Made by a program: the position numbers and the translations under genes. The notes beneath the pieces are model-generated. The model worked only from the letters and a program-made list of their open reading frames with translations, searched no databases and had not been told where the DNA came from. A DNA stretch of 64,000 nucleotides from Vulcanimicrobiota bacterium (GTDB taxonomy: Bacteria; Vulcanimicrobiota; Vulcanimicrobiia; Vulcanimicrobiales; Vulcanimicrobiaceae): assembly GCA_963795855.1 (NCBI GenBank), contig CAWCIZ010000003.1, forward strand, positions 192,001-256,000, in the 5' to 3' direction. Positions 20,113 to 35,219 of this stretch are shown here, piece by piece (positions within the stretch are counted from its first letter, which is position 1; each line of letters starts with the position of its first letter).

Positions 20113-20895
20113 ATGATCGTCGACAGGCCGCGGCCGCCCGCGTCACGAACGCGACGAAGCCGGCTGGGATCAAAAGGAGATGAGTTTTACGGAGCACCTT
20201 CGGGAGCTCCGTAAACGTCTGCTCATCGCCATCGGTACCGTGCTCGGCCTGGCAATCGTGCTGTTCTGGCCCTCGCAGTACGTCATTCCGTTGCTGACGC
20301 ACGCGTACTTCAAAGGCGTGCAGCTGCACGCGTTCGGTCCGGCCGACGTCATCGTCGTCGAGTTCAAGTTCTCGGTCTACGCCGCGATCGTCGTCGGGCT
20401 TGCCGGTGCTGCTTTACCAGCTGTGGATGTTCGTCGTGCCGGCGTTTCATCCGCGCACGCGGCGCATGGTGTACGCCTACGTCGCGCCGTCGTTCTTGCT
20501 GGCGCTTGCCGGCATCGCGTTCGCGCATTTCCTCGTGCTTCCGCGCGTCGTCGGCACGCTGCTCGGCGTCACGAGCCACGTCGCGACGCGCGACGTTCGG
20601 CATCGAGTCGACGCTGAATTTCATCTTGCTGGTTTTTCTGGCGTTCGCGCTGATCTTCCAAACGCCGATCGTCATGATCGCTCTCGCGCGCATCGGCATC
20701 ATCAACTCGGCGTTTCTCAAGCGCTCGCGCCGGTACTTCTTGTTCGGCTTTTTCGTCTTCGGGGCGATTGCCGCGCCCGACGGCAATCCGCTGACGATGG
20801 CGATGATGGCGCTTCCGATGTACGCGCTGTACGAAGTCAGCCTGTGGATCATCGTCCTGCTCGAGAAGTCGTGGCGCCCGGCGCCCGCGGCGTAG
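20113..20895 (+). CDS. tatC: Twin-arginine translocase TatC (indels)
   Basis: MSFTEHLRELRKRLL, PVLLYQLW.FV.PA, FQTPI, APD, PMYALYEVS. Confidence 0.9.
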
Positions 20896-20911
20896 TACGG
20901 CTGAGCCGCAG

Positions 20912-22312
20912 ATGATCGGCCGTACGCCGGTCCTTCTACGGCGACTTCACGCGCACGTTCGGCAACGTGCTGTTCGCCGTGTGCCTGCTGTTCGTTTGGG
21001 GCCTGATGACGCTCGCCGGCGTCATCGTCGATCAAGGCAAGGATCCGAGCGACTACTTTTCGGTGTACGCGCCGCCGCTCGCGCGGCTGATCTTGCGGCT
21101 TGGACATCGACAACATCTACCACACGCCGTACTACGTCGGCATCATCGGGCTGATTCTGCTTTCGCTTGCGGTCTGCACGTTCAAGCGCGTGATTCCGGC
21201 GCGCTTCCGGCGCTGCGGCCCGGTGCGATCGACAAGATTCCGCTCAACGCGCAGCATCGACGTGCCCGGCGACGGAAGCAGCACGTGCGCGCGCGCGTCG
21301 AGCGATTCTTTCCGCAAGCGCGGATGGCTGGTGCGCAAGCGCGAGTTCGGCGGCGACGGAATGGACGTTTGCGGACAAGCACAATTGGGCGCGCCGCGGC
21401 GTTCTGGTCGCGCACATCGGCTTCACGATCATCGCGGCCGGCACGACGCGTGTACTGGGCCAAGGGATTTTCGGGCGAAACGCCGGTGATCGTACCGGGC
21501 AAACCATCGACGGTGCCGCACCGCGACGCGACGCTGCGCCTGAACGGTTTCGCGTACAAGATCCAGCCGATCATGACCAAGAGCGGCATGGTCTACCAGC
21601 CGATCGACTACGTTTCGTACGTGACCGTCACCGGTAAGGACGGCGTGCCGCGCAACGCAAACGATTCGCGTGAACCATCCGATCGACATCGACGGATCGC
21701 TGTTCTACCAGTCGAGCTACGGCTTCGCGCTGCGGTTTCTGGTCTCGCACGACGGCACGCGCGACGCGGCGCTTTCCGACAAGATCTATGTCACCGGCGA
21801 CTCGATCGTGCTGCCGGGAATCGAGCGCGGCAACTTCAAGTCGATCAGTTCGTGCCGACGGTCGACCGGCAACCGGGCAAGCCGTCGGCCGATCCGCGCA
21901 TCAACAATCCGGCCGTCGCGCTTGAAGCGTCTGCGAAGGCGGGCAAACCGCCGGCGCGGCGCTCGTTCCGATGCACACGTGGATCGACGTCGGCGACGGC
22001 TGGCGCATCACGCCGCAGCGATACCTGATGGTCAGCGGACTGCAGTACCGGTACGATCCCGGCGTCCCGCTCGTCGGCATCGGCGCGTTCGTGCTGCTCG
22101 CGGGTCTGGTGATTTCGTTTTACTTTCTGCCGGCGCGCCTGTACGTGCGCGTCGAACCGGCGCCGCAGGGCTGTACGGTCGGCATGGCCGCGACGACGGT
22201 CAAAGGCTACGATATGTTCGAAACGCAGTTCACCGAACTGGTCGCCGACATTCGCAAGACGATCGTTCCGACGGGACATCCGGCAACACTCTCGCTCGCG
22301 GAGGCAACCTAA
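20912..22312 (+). CDS. resB: Cytochrome c biogenesis protein ResB/Ccs1 (System II; indels)
   Basis: G..V.Q, IYHTPYY, LAVCT, VAHIGF, VNHP...DG..FYQSSY, SGLQYRYDPG. Confidence 0.85.
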
Positions 22313-23285
22313 TGCAACCGCACATGCCGCTCGACGAGGTGCTGCTGATCATCGCTCTCGGCGCATACACCGTCAGCGCGCTCGCGCTGATCGTGTATTT
22401 CTTCTCGCGCGAGGAGTGGCTGCAGCATCTGGGCATTCCGCTCGCGATCGCCGGCTGCGCTCGCGCAAGTTCGCGCAGCTCGTCGCGCGGTTCGAAATCA
22501 CGCACATTTGGCCGCTGCTCAACTTGTACGGATCGCTCTCGCTGTTTTCCGCCGTTTCCGTCGCGATTTTCATCTATTTCGCGTTCCGCTACAGACTGTG
22601 GTTCGCGGGCGGATTTCGTCGTCGGCGCTCGCGGCGCTGTTTCTCGCGTACGGCAGCGACGTGGAACGAAGGCGCGATGCCGGCGGTTCCTTCGCTGCAG
22701 TCGTACTGGGCGAAGATCCACGTGCCGCTCGTCGTCTCGTCGTACGCGGCCTTCATGGTCGCGTTCGTCATGTCCGCGATGTACTTGATGAAGTATTATT
22801 TCGAGCGCGCGCTTGCAGACTGCGCCGGCGACTCGCGGACTCTGCGATGGCGCGGCGGCGGATCCGCACCACGCCGTCGCGCGGGCGCCGGCCTGCGCGC
22901 TGCGCAATGGACACGCCGAATATCGCGGCGGCCGCCGGGAGGAAATACGCGGCGCAATGGTTCAACGGCAATGCCGAGCTCGCGCAGATCGACGTACTGA
23001 TCTACCGCGTCGTCGCCGTCGGTCTGCCGCTGCTGACGCTGGGCATCATCACCGGCGCGATGTGGGCGCACGAAGCGTGGGGCGCGTACTGGCAATGGGA
23101 TCCGAAGGAAACCGCCGCGCTCTTCTCATGGATCGTCTACGCGATCTACATGCATCTGCACACGCGCAGCGCGTGGCGCGGGCGTGCGCACCGCGTGGAT
23201 CAGCGCCGTCGGATTCCTGACGATCATGTTCTGCTATTTCGGCGTCAACATGTGGATCAGCGGCCTGCACAGTTACAAGGTGTAG
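22312..23285 (+). CDS. ccsA: Cytochrome c biogenesis protein CcsA/ResC (indels)
   Basis: PSLQSYWAKIHV, GIITGAMWA..AWG.YWQWDPKET (WWD motif), SGLHSY. Confidence 0.92.
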
Positions 23286-23447
23286 ACGGCGGCCTGAAAT
23301 CGGCGCCACGCGCCCGGTACCGCCGGCTCGCGATCGTTACGGCGCGAAAGTCCGATGAACGTCGGCGCCTGCTTCGCCGGAGGGCGAGCGTAGAATCCGT
23401 GATGAAAGACCACGGCCTTTCATCTCAACCTTCCGGAGCACGAAGCT

Positions 23448-24127
23448 TTGTCGAGTCACGCGCAAGCCTCCTCAGGGCACGGGGGGCATTCCCGAATTAC
23501 AAGCGCCTACGAGGACGCCGGAAGCCCCGAGGAGATTACGCGCCGCACGTTCATGGCCAACGCCACGATACGATCGGCGGATTCATCGGCCTGGCCTGGC
23601 GATTCCGATCGTCGGCTCGCTGGTTCCCGACGTCGGCAGCGGCGGCGCAACCTGGACGCCGCTCGACGAAGCAGGCTGGAAGCAACTGCAAGCCGCGACC
23701 GACAAGGCCGTGAAGATCGATTTCAATCTTCACGCCAAGGACGCGTATCTGCCGGCGCAGGCCATCGCCGAATCGGTGTTGGGGCATCAAGGTCAAGGAC
23801 TCGACGAAATTCAAAAGCGCGCTCCGATCTTGTTCATCCGAGCGGCAAAGACACGCTGCCGTACCAGATCGTGACGCTCGGCTTCGTGATCTTCAGCCCG
23901 ATCTGTCCGCATTTGGGCTGCCGCTACAACTACGAAGGCCGACATGAAGTTCGCCTGCCCGTGCCACGGCTCGCAGTTCGACAATCAACGGCGCGCACAT
24001 CGCCGGGCCGGCGGCCCGCGGTCTCGATCCGCTGCCGCTGCGCGAACAGAGCGGCGCCGCGCAAGTCGAATGGATCCGCTACAAACCGACGATTCCCGAT
24101 CGCATGGTCGTTTCGTACACCGACTAA
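23448..24127 (+). CDS. qcrA: Rieske iron-sulfur subunit of cytochrome bc complex (indels)
   Basis: Tat motif TRRTFM, CPHLGC, CPCHGSQFD, GPA.R.LD. Confidence 0.9.
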
Positions 24128-24148
24128 CGGAAGAGTAGTTAGAAGACG

Positions 24149-25669
24149 ATGCTCAACTGGATCGAGCGGCGCACCGGCTTCGTCACGCAAGACGAAGGAA
24201 TTCCTGACAGAAGACATTCCCGGCGGCGCCAGTTACTGGTACGTTTTCGGAAGCGCGACGCTGTTCGCGATGATCGTGCAGATCGCGACCGGCATATTCC
24301 TGACGTTCTTCTACGCCCCGTCGGCGAGCGACGGCATGGGAATCGACGCGGTCGATGTACATGCATCCGTTCCAGCATTTCATGCTGAGCGTCCACTACT
24401 GGGGCGCTTCGGCGATGATCGCGCTGCTGTTCCTGCATATGCTGCAAGTCGTGGTGTGGGGCGCGTACAAATCGCCGCGCGAGATCCAATGGATCGTCGG
24501 CGTGCTGCTGCTGCTGGTCACGATGGTGCTCGGCCTGACGGGATATCTGCTGCCGTGGGACATGGACGCGTACTTTGCCTCGCAAGTCGCGATCAACCTG
24601 ACGCTCACCGTGCCGGTCATCGGCGCGTTCATTCAGCAGTTCACGCAAGACGGCACGACGATGGGCACGCTGACCATCAACCGGTTCTTCGGCCTGCACG
24701 TGTGGCTGATGCCGGCGGTGCTCTGTCGCGCTCGTCGGCGCGCACTTGGCGATCTTCCGCTGGAACGGTCCGGCCGGACCGCCGGTCGAAGACCCGCGCC
24801 CGCTGGCAAGAAGGGACGCTTTTGGCCGGATCAGATGTTCATGGACGCGTTCGCATCGTTCGTCGATCTTCGCTGATCATTCTCGCGCTCGCCGCGTTCG
24901 CGCCGCCGTTCCTTGGATGCGAAAGCCGATCCGGCGAACTCGACGTTCATCCCGTATCCCGCCTGGTATTTTCTGGATCTGTTCGGATTGCTGCATTTGG
25001 TGCCGGGCGATCTGGAAGTCGTCGGCGCGATCGTCATTCCCGGCATCGCGACGCTGATTCTGCTTTTGCTTCCGTGGATCGATCGCAGCACGACGCGCAT
25101 GGTCGGCATCGCGCAAGCCGATCATGTGGCTGGTCGGCTGTTCGCTTGCGGTCATGTGGGGTCTGACGATCTGGAGCCAGATCGCCATCATGCACAAGCA
25201 AGCCGCGGCGCCGGCGAGCGCGCCCGAAGCGCAAATGCTCGCGAGGAAGAAACGAACATCGACGGCGGGCGGCAACGCAGCGGCTCCGGGCGCGAACAAT
25301 ACCAGGCGTCGTCCGGAGGCGGCGGTGCTCCGAACAGTCCGCTGGCCGCGGCCGGCCAAAAAGTGTACTCGCAAAATTGCTCGAGCTGCCACGGCGCGAC
25401 CGGCGGCGGAACGCCCGGCGCGTTTCCTCCGCTCGCGGGCAATCCGTTCGTAACGGGCGATGCGAAGGCCGTGATCACGACGGTGCTCAACGGCAAGAAC
25501 GGCGCGATCACGGTAAACGGCGCGAACGTACAACGGACAGATGCCGCCGTGGAAGGCCTCGCTTGCGAATAAAGACATCGCTGCCGTCGTGACGTACATT
25601 CGCACCGGTCTCGGCAGCAATCATGCCAGCGCGGTCACGGAACAAGACGTCAAAAAACTCAAGAAATAA
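24149..25669 (+). CDS. qcrB: Cytochrome b (b6-like + subunit IV-like) fused to C-terminal monoheme cytochrome c (indels)
   Basis: TGIFL..FYAPS, SVHYWGAS, LHMLQV, YK.PRE..W..G, TGYLLPWD, RFFGLH, PYPAWYF, LPWIDRS, NCSSCHG, MPPW. Confidence 0.88.
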
Positions 25670-25684
25670 CCGCTGTCCGCGGCA

Positions 25685-25718
25685 AACGGGACTGCTACTG
25701 CGGTCCCGTTATTTTTTT
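25685..25718 (+). terminator. Intrinsic terminator of the qcr operon, overlapping the last codons of the antisense TMEM175 gene
   Basis: AACGGGACTGC-TACT-GCGGTCCCGTT stem followed by ATTTTTTT. Confidence 0.75.
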
Positions 25719-26276
25719 CTCGATGCGCCGGTCCGGAACGAGCCAAATTACGGCAACGGCGACGTAGAGCGCGTCCGCGGCCCACTGGTTCACGAACGCC
25801 AGCGCGATTCCGGCGGCATACAATGCGATCGACAAACGGCCTTTGAAATCCGAGCCGATTGCACGCGCGAGCGTCGAGTTCTTTCCGTTCGCCGCAATGA
25901 GCGAAGACAGCAGCAGCGAATACCCGACCGCCGCGAAGATGAGCACCGCTCCGTACACCGCGGTCGGAAGCGCTGAAAGGTGGTGCTCGCCCAGCCAAGC
26001 GGTGGTGAACGGAATGAGTGAGAGCCAGAAAAGCAGATGCAGGTTTGCCCACATCACGCGGCCGTCGATGAACTTCGCAGCGTACAACAGGTGATGATGG
26101 TTGTTCCAATAGATGCCGATGTTGACGAAGCTCAGCACGTATGCGAGGAACACCGGCAACGTCGAATGCAATGCGGCGAGATTAGCGCCGCCGGGGACCC
26201 GCAATTCCAGCACCATGATGGTGATGATGACGGCCAGGACGCCGTCGCTGAACGCGACCAGGCGTTCTTTGGTCAT
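25695..26276 (-). CDS. TMEM175 family potassium channel (DUF1211)
   Basis: RLVAFSDGVLAVIITIMVLEL, YVLSF..IGIYW.NHH, LIPFTT.W. Confidence 0.93.
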   Translation of the reverse strand: MTKERLVAFSDGVLAVIITIMVLELRVPGGANLAALHSTLPVFLAYVLSFVNIGIYWNNHHHLLYAAKFIDGRVMWANLHLLFWLSLIPFTTAWLGEHHLSALPTAVYGAVLIFAAVGYSLLLSSLIAANGKNSTLARAIGSDFKGRLSIALYAAGIALAFVNQWAADALYVAVAVIWLVPDRRIEKKITGPQ

Positions 26277-26277
26277 G

Positions 26278-27988
26278 TCAGCCGCCTGCCGTCTGCGAAC
26301 ATCCGCGGCCATCGTACAGATAGAGTGCGGCTTTCCCCCACGTCGCGACGAGGCGTCGAACGCGCCCGAAGCTCGGCGCTTGGGTTCGCGCGGGCGCGAT
26401 GAGCCACGTGCGCGGCGCCGAGCAAATCACGCTGCGCGGGCCGACCCCGTCGCCGCTCGGATTGGGATCGCCCGGAGCGACGAGTACGTACACGTGCGGA
26501 CGCGTGTAAAAGACCAGCGCGTTGCCTCCGGAGACGTGCAGAATTGCGACTGCGTCGCCGGCCGAACGCCGCGAATCGATGATATGCGCCAAGTGCGGAA
26601 CTGGTTTGAACGCTTCCGTCTGCGGCAACGCGAGCAGCGCAATGAAAGCGAGGGCGAACAGCATCGCGACGCCCAGTGCGTAGGGCGCAAAGCCGCGCGT
26701 GCGAACGGTCGCCGTCGCAAAGAGAAAGAACGCGACGACGGCGCCGATGAAGATTGCCGCGCCGACGTAGATGAGATTGAACGCGAGTTGATGGAACGCG
26801 CCGGTGAGCCGATTGTCGCGCGTGAACCACACAATCGCCACGGCAAGCAGCAGGATAAATGCCGGTACGATCGCCGTGGACAGCAGAGCCGAGCGGCTGC
26901 GCGCGCGCTGCACTGCTTGATCGAGATAGAGGCCCGCCAGCAGTGCGGGCGCCGGAAGTTCCAGCGCGATGTAATTCGGCAGCTTCGTTTGAGCGAAACT
27001 GAAAAACACGAAGGGCAGAACGAGCCAGCAAAATGCGCAACCGCAGCCAGCGCTGCACTTCCAGCTCGGCCGGCGCCGCATCCCGCGCGCGCAAACGTGG
27101 AATCGCATACGCGAGCGAAGACGGAAAAAACGCGATCCACGGAAAGAACGCGAGGATGAACACCGGGATGTAATACCAAGCCGGACCGCTTTGGTTTTCG
27201 ATGGTTCCGGTATAACGGCCGACCGTGTAATGGCCGATGAGTTCGACGACGGCGTGCGGACCCGTCCGCGCGAGAAGCGCCAAAAACCACGGTGCGACCA
27301 CGGCGAGAAAGATGGCGCAGCCGCCGAACCACCCGCGTAAGGTGGGAAGACGTACGCCCGCGCGCCGGCTTTCCCATATCGCATACGGTACGATCGTCAG
27401 CAGGGCGGACACCGGCGCGACCGGGCCTTTGGCAAGAAAACCGATTCCGGCAGCGGCCGCTCCGAAGCAGACGTACCGGTCGCTGCCGTTGCGCAGCGCG
27501 CGAAACCAGCACAGGACGCTCGCCGCTACGGACAAATCCAGAAGCGCGTCCATGATCGCCAGCCTTCCGACGATCGCCTGCATCAAACACGTCGAAAGTG
27601 CGACGCCGGTGTAAACACCGGCGCGCGTGCCGAGCGATCGGGCGACGGCGTACGTCACGACGCCGCCGGTCGCAATCGTCGCAAGCGCGGAAGGCAAGCG
27701 CAGCGCGAACGAGGTCAAGCCCAAAACCTTCACGCAGATCGCTGCGAGCCAGAAGTACAGCGGCGGCTGAACGTACCACGGCATACCGTTCAGATGCATG
27801 ACGACCCAATCGTGCGTGCGCAAGATTTCGCGCGCCACTTCGCCGTACGCCGTTTCGCTGTTGTCCCAAAGCGTGCCGCTGCCCAGACCCGGAATGGTAA
27901 CGAGCGCCGCGATCGCCGCACCGATGAGGCCCGCGCGTAGTGTTTTGGACACGGAAAGCAGTTTTGGGCGCCGGTGCAGCGAAGTCAT
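26278..27988 (-). CDS. ArnT/PMT-like GT-C glycosyltransferase (indel near 27040; start may be about 27952)
   Basis: LWDNSETAYGEVAREI, G.PWYVQPPLYFW, LAKGP, FFPW, TKLPNYI. Confidence 0.85.
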
Positions 27989-27996
27989 GCGAGCTC

Positions 27997-31101
<3,105 letters not shown>

Positions 31102-31110
31102 ACGAGAACC

Positions 31111-32416
31111 TTGCGTCTGGAACGATCGATCTCCGCATTCGCGCGGGCTCGCGGCATCATCGCGGGCGGCGTGAATTCCCCGGTACGCGCATTTCGCTCC
31201 GTCGGCGGTTCGCCGGTCTTCATGAAGAGCGGGCAAGGCGCGTCTATGTGCGACGTCGACGGGCACGAATACATCGACTACGTGCTCTCCTGGGGGCCGC
31301 TGATTCTGGGCCACGCGCATCCGAGCGTCGTCAAAGCGGTCACGCAAGCCGCGCAGCGCGGCAGTTCATTCGGAACTCCGACGGAAGCGGAGTCGGATCT
31401 CGGCGAACTGATCCGCGCGATGGTTCCGTCCGTCGAACGCGTGCGCTTCACTTCGAGTGGAACCGAGGCGACGATGAGCGCCGATCCGGCTCGCGCGCGG
31501 GTATACCGGACGCGACAAAATCGTGAAGTTCGCGGGCTGCTATCACGGCCACGCCGATTCGTTCCTGATTGCCGCCGGCAGCGGCGCGCTGACGAACGGC
31601 GTGCCGACTTCACCGGGCGTCACCGCCGGCGTGGCGCAAGACACGATCGTCTTGCCTTATAACGACGCGCATGCCGTTGCGGCAACCTTCGACGCCGATC
31701 CGCGCAGCATCGCCGCGGTAATCGTCGAGCCGTACGCGGGGAACATGGGTTTGGTTCCCGCGAAACCGGCGTACTTGCAGACGCTGCGCAACCTGTGCAC
31801 GCAGCACGGCGCGCTGTTGATCTTCGACGAGGTGATGACGGGTTTCCGCGTTGCGCGCGGCGGCGTTCAGGAACGCGAGAACGTGATGCCGGATCTCACG
31901 ACGCTCGGCAAAGTGATCGGCGGCGGTCTGCCGGTCGGCGCGTTCGGCGGACGCGGCGCATATTCTGTCCGACTTTCTCCGGACGGCGCGGTTTATCAGG
32001 CCGGGACGCTTTCGGGTAATCCACTGGCAATGGCGGCGGGCATTGCGACATTGCGAGCGATACAGAGCGACGCGACGCTGTACGATCGTTTGGAAGTGCT
32101 CTCGAAACTGCTGTGCGACGGATTGCACGAGGTCTTCGTCAAGCACGGCGTGCCGCATTTCAGCACCTACGCGGGCTCGATGCTGTGCACGTTCTTCTGC
32201 GAAGGTCCGGTGTACGACCTGGAAACCGCAATGAAGAGCGACACCGCGCTGTACGGCCGCTTTTTCCACGCGATGCTCGACCGCGGAGTCTACCTTGCGC
32301 CGTCGCAATTCGAGACCGCGTTCGTGTCGTGCGCGCACGGCACGCGCGAGATCGAACGCACCATTGCAGCCGCGGACGACGCATTGCGCGAAGCAATCGA
32401 GCCCGTCGCGCGCTGA
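31111..32416 (+). CDS. hemL: Glutamate-1-semialdehyde 2,1-aminomutase (indel near 31483)
   Basis: [58 protein letters not shown]. Confidence 0.95.
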
Positions 32417-33102
32417 TGCTGAACCCGCTCGAACGCGCTGATTCCGCGCCGGTTCGTTTCGAAGTGAACGAAGTCGCGATTCCGCGTCTTTTCGCGTACC
32501 ATCGCGCGCTCGCTGCCGCACTCGCATCGGGCAAAACCGTCATCACCTCGCACGGCATCGCCGGTCTGCTGGGGCACGCGCTCTCGTCGACGCAGATTCG
32601 AAAAGACTTGTCGGCGCTGGGTCCGCTCGGCCGCCGCGGCCAAGGCTATGCGATAAAACCGCTTGTGGACCAGCTCGCGCTGGTACTAGGATTGGAGCGC
32701 GACTGGAGAATCGCAATCGTCGGTTTCGGCTACTTGGGTCATGCGTTTGCGACGTTCATCGCGGCACGCGAGGAGCGCTTCAAAGTGGCCGCGATCTTCG
32801 ACCAGTCTCCGACCGTTATTGGACAAGTGTGGCAAGATACGGCCGTGCGCGACATAAGAGAATTGGAAGACGTGCTTTCCACGGTTGACTGCAACATCGG
32901 CGTCATCGCCGTGCCGGCAGACGCGGCGCAGCCCGTCGCCGAGCGCCTGGCTGCCAGCGGCGTGCGAGCGCTGCTGAACTTTGCACCAGCCTCGTTGCGC
33001 CTGCGCGAGCCCGTCATCGTGCGCAACATCGACCTTGCGGGCGAACTGTCCATCCTGACGCATCGGCTTACGTTCGATGAAGCGGCGCAGGCGGGGGTAT
33101 AG
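32416..33102 (+). CDS. rex: Redox-sensing transcriptional repressor Rex
   Basis: RL..Y, S..., QIRKDLS.LG..G.RG.GY, VGFGYLG.A, LNFAP. Confidence 0.9.
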   Translation: MLNPLERADSAPVRFEVNEVAIPRLFAYHRALAAALASGKTVITSHGIAGLLGHALSSTQIRKDLSALGPLGRRGQGYAIKPLVDQLALVLGLERDWRIAIVGFGYLGHAFATFIAAREERFKVAAIFDQSPTVIGQVWQDTAVRDIRELEDVLSTVDCNIGVIAVPADAAQPVAERLAASGVRALLNFAPASLRLREPVIVRNIDLAGELSILTHRLTFDEAAQAGV

Positions 33103-33110
33103 GGTGTAGA

Positions 33111-34443
33111 GTGCCGCTGGTTTGTCTTGGGCTCTCCCACCATACCGCGCCCGTAGAAGTGCGCGAGCATCACGCGTTTCCTGCCGCGCGCATGGAAGCC
33201 GCGCTCGTCGCCTTGCGCGATTACGAGGCAGTGCGTGAAGCCGCGATGCTGCAAACGTGCGGACGTCTGGAGATCTACGCCGACGTAGCGGACTACGAGG
33301 CCGGCGTCGCGCAGATCAAGTCGTTTCTGCTGAACTTCCGCCACGGCATGACCGCGTACGACATCGAGTCGTATCTGTACACGCTGCTGGGGCGGCAAGC
33401 GGTCGAACATCTTCTTCGCGTGAGCACGGGCCTGGATTCGATGCTGATCGGCGAAGCCGAAATTCTCGGTCAAGTCAAAGATGCGTTCATCGCCGCGCAG
33501 CAGGCCCGCTCTCTCGGGAAGACGCTGCACCGCCTCTTCCGCGAAGCGATGAGCGCCGGAAAGGCGGCGCGAACGCAAACGCGCATCGGCGAGGATTCGA
33601 CGTCGATCGCGACGGCTGCGATCGCGATGGCGAAGAACGAATTCGGCACGCTCAAGGATCGAAACGTGGTGATCGTCGGAGCGGGAAAGATGGCGCGAAC
33701 CGCTGCGAAGCGGTTGCGGGCGGAAGGCGCGCACGATCTCGTCGTCACGAATCGCACCGTCAAACACGCATCCGACATCGTCAAAGAGATCGGCTTTGGT
33801 CACGCGGTCGAATTGCCGGGCTTGCTCGATGCGCTCACCTCCGCCGATATCGTGCTGACCTCCACGGTTGCATCCCACTTCGTGCTGACGCCGGAAACGG
33901 TCCAAACCGCTATGGCGCGCCGTCCGGGCCATCGCATGTTCATCGTCGACATCGCGGTTCCGCGCGACGTGCACCCCGATGTCGCCCACGTCGACGGCGT
34001 GACGCTCGTCGACATCGACGGGCTCAAGTCGCGAGTCGAGGAAACGCTCGAAGCGCGGCGCGAAGCGATACCGCAAGTCGAGGAGATCGTCGGCGAGTAT
34101 CTCGAGCGTTTCGGACAGTGGTATCATTCGCGCGTCGCCGTGCCGGTCATCGCATCGCTGACGCAAAAAGCGGAAGCGATTCGCGACGGCGGAATTGGAG
34201 CGGCTGTTCCTCCGCTGCCCGGCTCTCAGCGAACGCGAAAAGATGCTGGTGACCGGCATGTCGATGACGATCATTTCCAAACTGCTGCACACGGTCGTCA
34301 CGAAGATCCGCGACAAGGCGGTGAGCAATCATTCCGAAGCGCTCGCGCACGTGCGCCTGCTCGACGAACTCTTCGAGTTGAACGTCGCCGACGAGTTGGC
34401 CAAAACGCGCCCGTCCATTCCCGCCGTGGACGTCGAGGAATAA
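33111..34443 (+). CDS. hemA: Glutamyl-tRNA reductase (indel near 34190)
   Basis: GLSHHTAPVEVRE, QTCGRLEIY, GLDSMLIGEAEILGQVK, GAGKM, DIAVPRDV; dimerisation tail in the shifted frame ending at TAA 34443. Confidence 0.93.
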
Positions 34444-35219
34444 CCGGTACGCGCACGCTTTCGGGCAAACGCGTTCTCGTCACACGTCCCGCCGGTCAAA
34501 GCGCCGAATTCGCGGAAATGCTCCGCGGCGCAGGTGCAGAACCGGTGTTCGCGCCGACTGTCGAACTCGTACCACCCGAGGACCGCGCTGCAGCGGAACA
34601 AGCGGTGAACGCTGCATCGCGCTATTCGTGGGTCGTGTTCACCAGCGCGAACGGCGTGCGCGCGTTCTTCGACATTCTGGAAACGCGCCGAGAGGACGCG
34701 CGTATTTTCGGCGGCGCGCGAATCGCCGCCATCGGCATAAAAACCTCGCAGGCGCTGCTTGCGAAACGCGTGTACGCGGATCTCGTCCCACAATCGTACG
34801 TCGCGGAAGATTTGGCGGGAGCGCTGATCGCGGCGAGCAAACCCGGCGACAAAATGCTGATCTATCGCGCGGAGGAAGCGCGCGACGTTCTGCCGATGCG
34901 CCTGCGTGAAGCGGGCCGCGAAACGGACGTGGTGGCCGCTTACAAAACGATTTTCGTCGAAGATCCCGATTTCGCGCGCAAAGTTTCGCAATGCGACGTC
35001 CTGACCTTCACGAGCGCGAGCACCGTGCGCGGCTTCGTCCACAATCTGCACGGTCCCGCGGCCGCCGCGCACGCCGCGCACGGAAAGACCGTCGCGTGCA
35101 TCGGGCCGATCACGGCGGAGGAGGCGCGCAAGAACGGCTTGGACGTTGCCGTCACCGCAGCCGAATTCACCGCAGAAGGTTTGATGGACGCGCTCGACCG
35201 GGCAGTGCCAACGGCGTAG
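34440..35219 (+). CDS. hemD: Uroporphyrinogen-III synthase; apparent ATA start
   Basis: LSGKRVLVTRP, VFTSANGV, AAIG.KT, AYKT, FTSASTV, CIGPITA. Confidence 0.88.
   Translation: MTGTRTLSGKRVLVTRPAGQSAEFAEMLRGAGAEPVFAPTVELVPPEDRAAAEQAVNAASRYSWVVFTSANGVRAFFDILETRREDARIFGGARIAAIGIKTSQALLAKRVYADLVPQSYVAEDLAGALIAASKPGDKMLIYRAEEARDVLPMRLREAGRETDVVAAYKTIFVEDPDFARKVSQCDVLTFTSASTVRGFVHNLHGPAAAAHAAHGKTVACIGPITAEEARKNGLDVAVTAAEFTAEGLMDALDRAVPTA

Noticed and set aside
33111..35219. HemA-HemD fusion
   Set aside because: The real HemA dimerisation tail lies in another frame (34195-34443) and the linker is nonsense; indel near 34190
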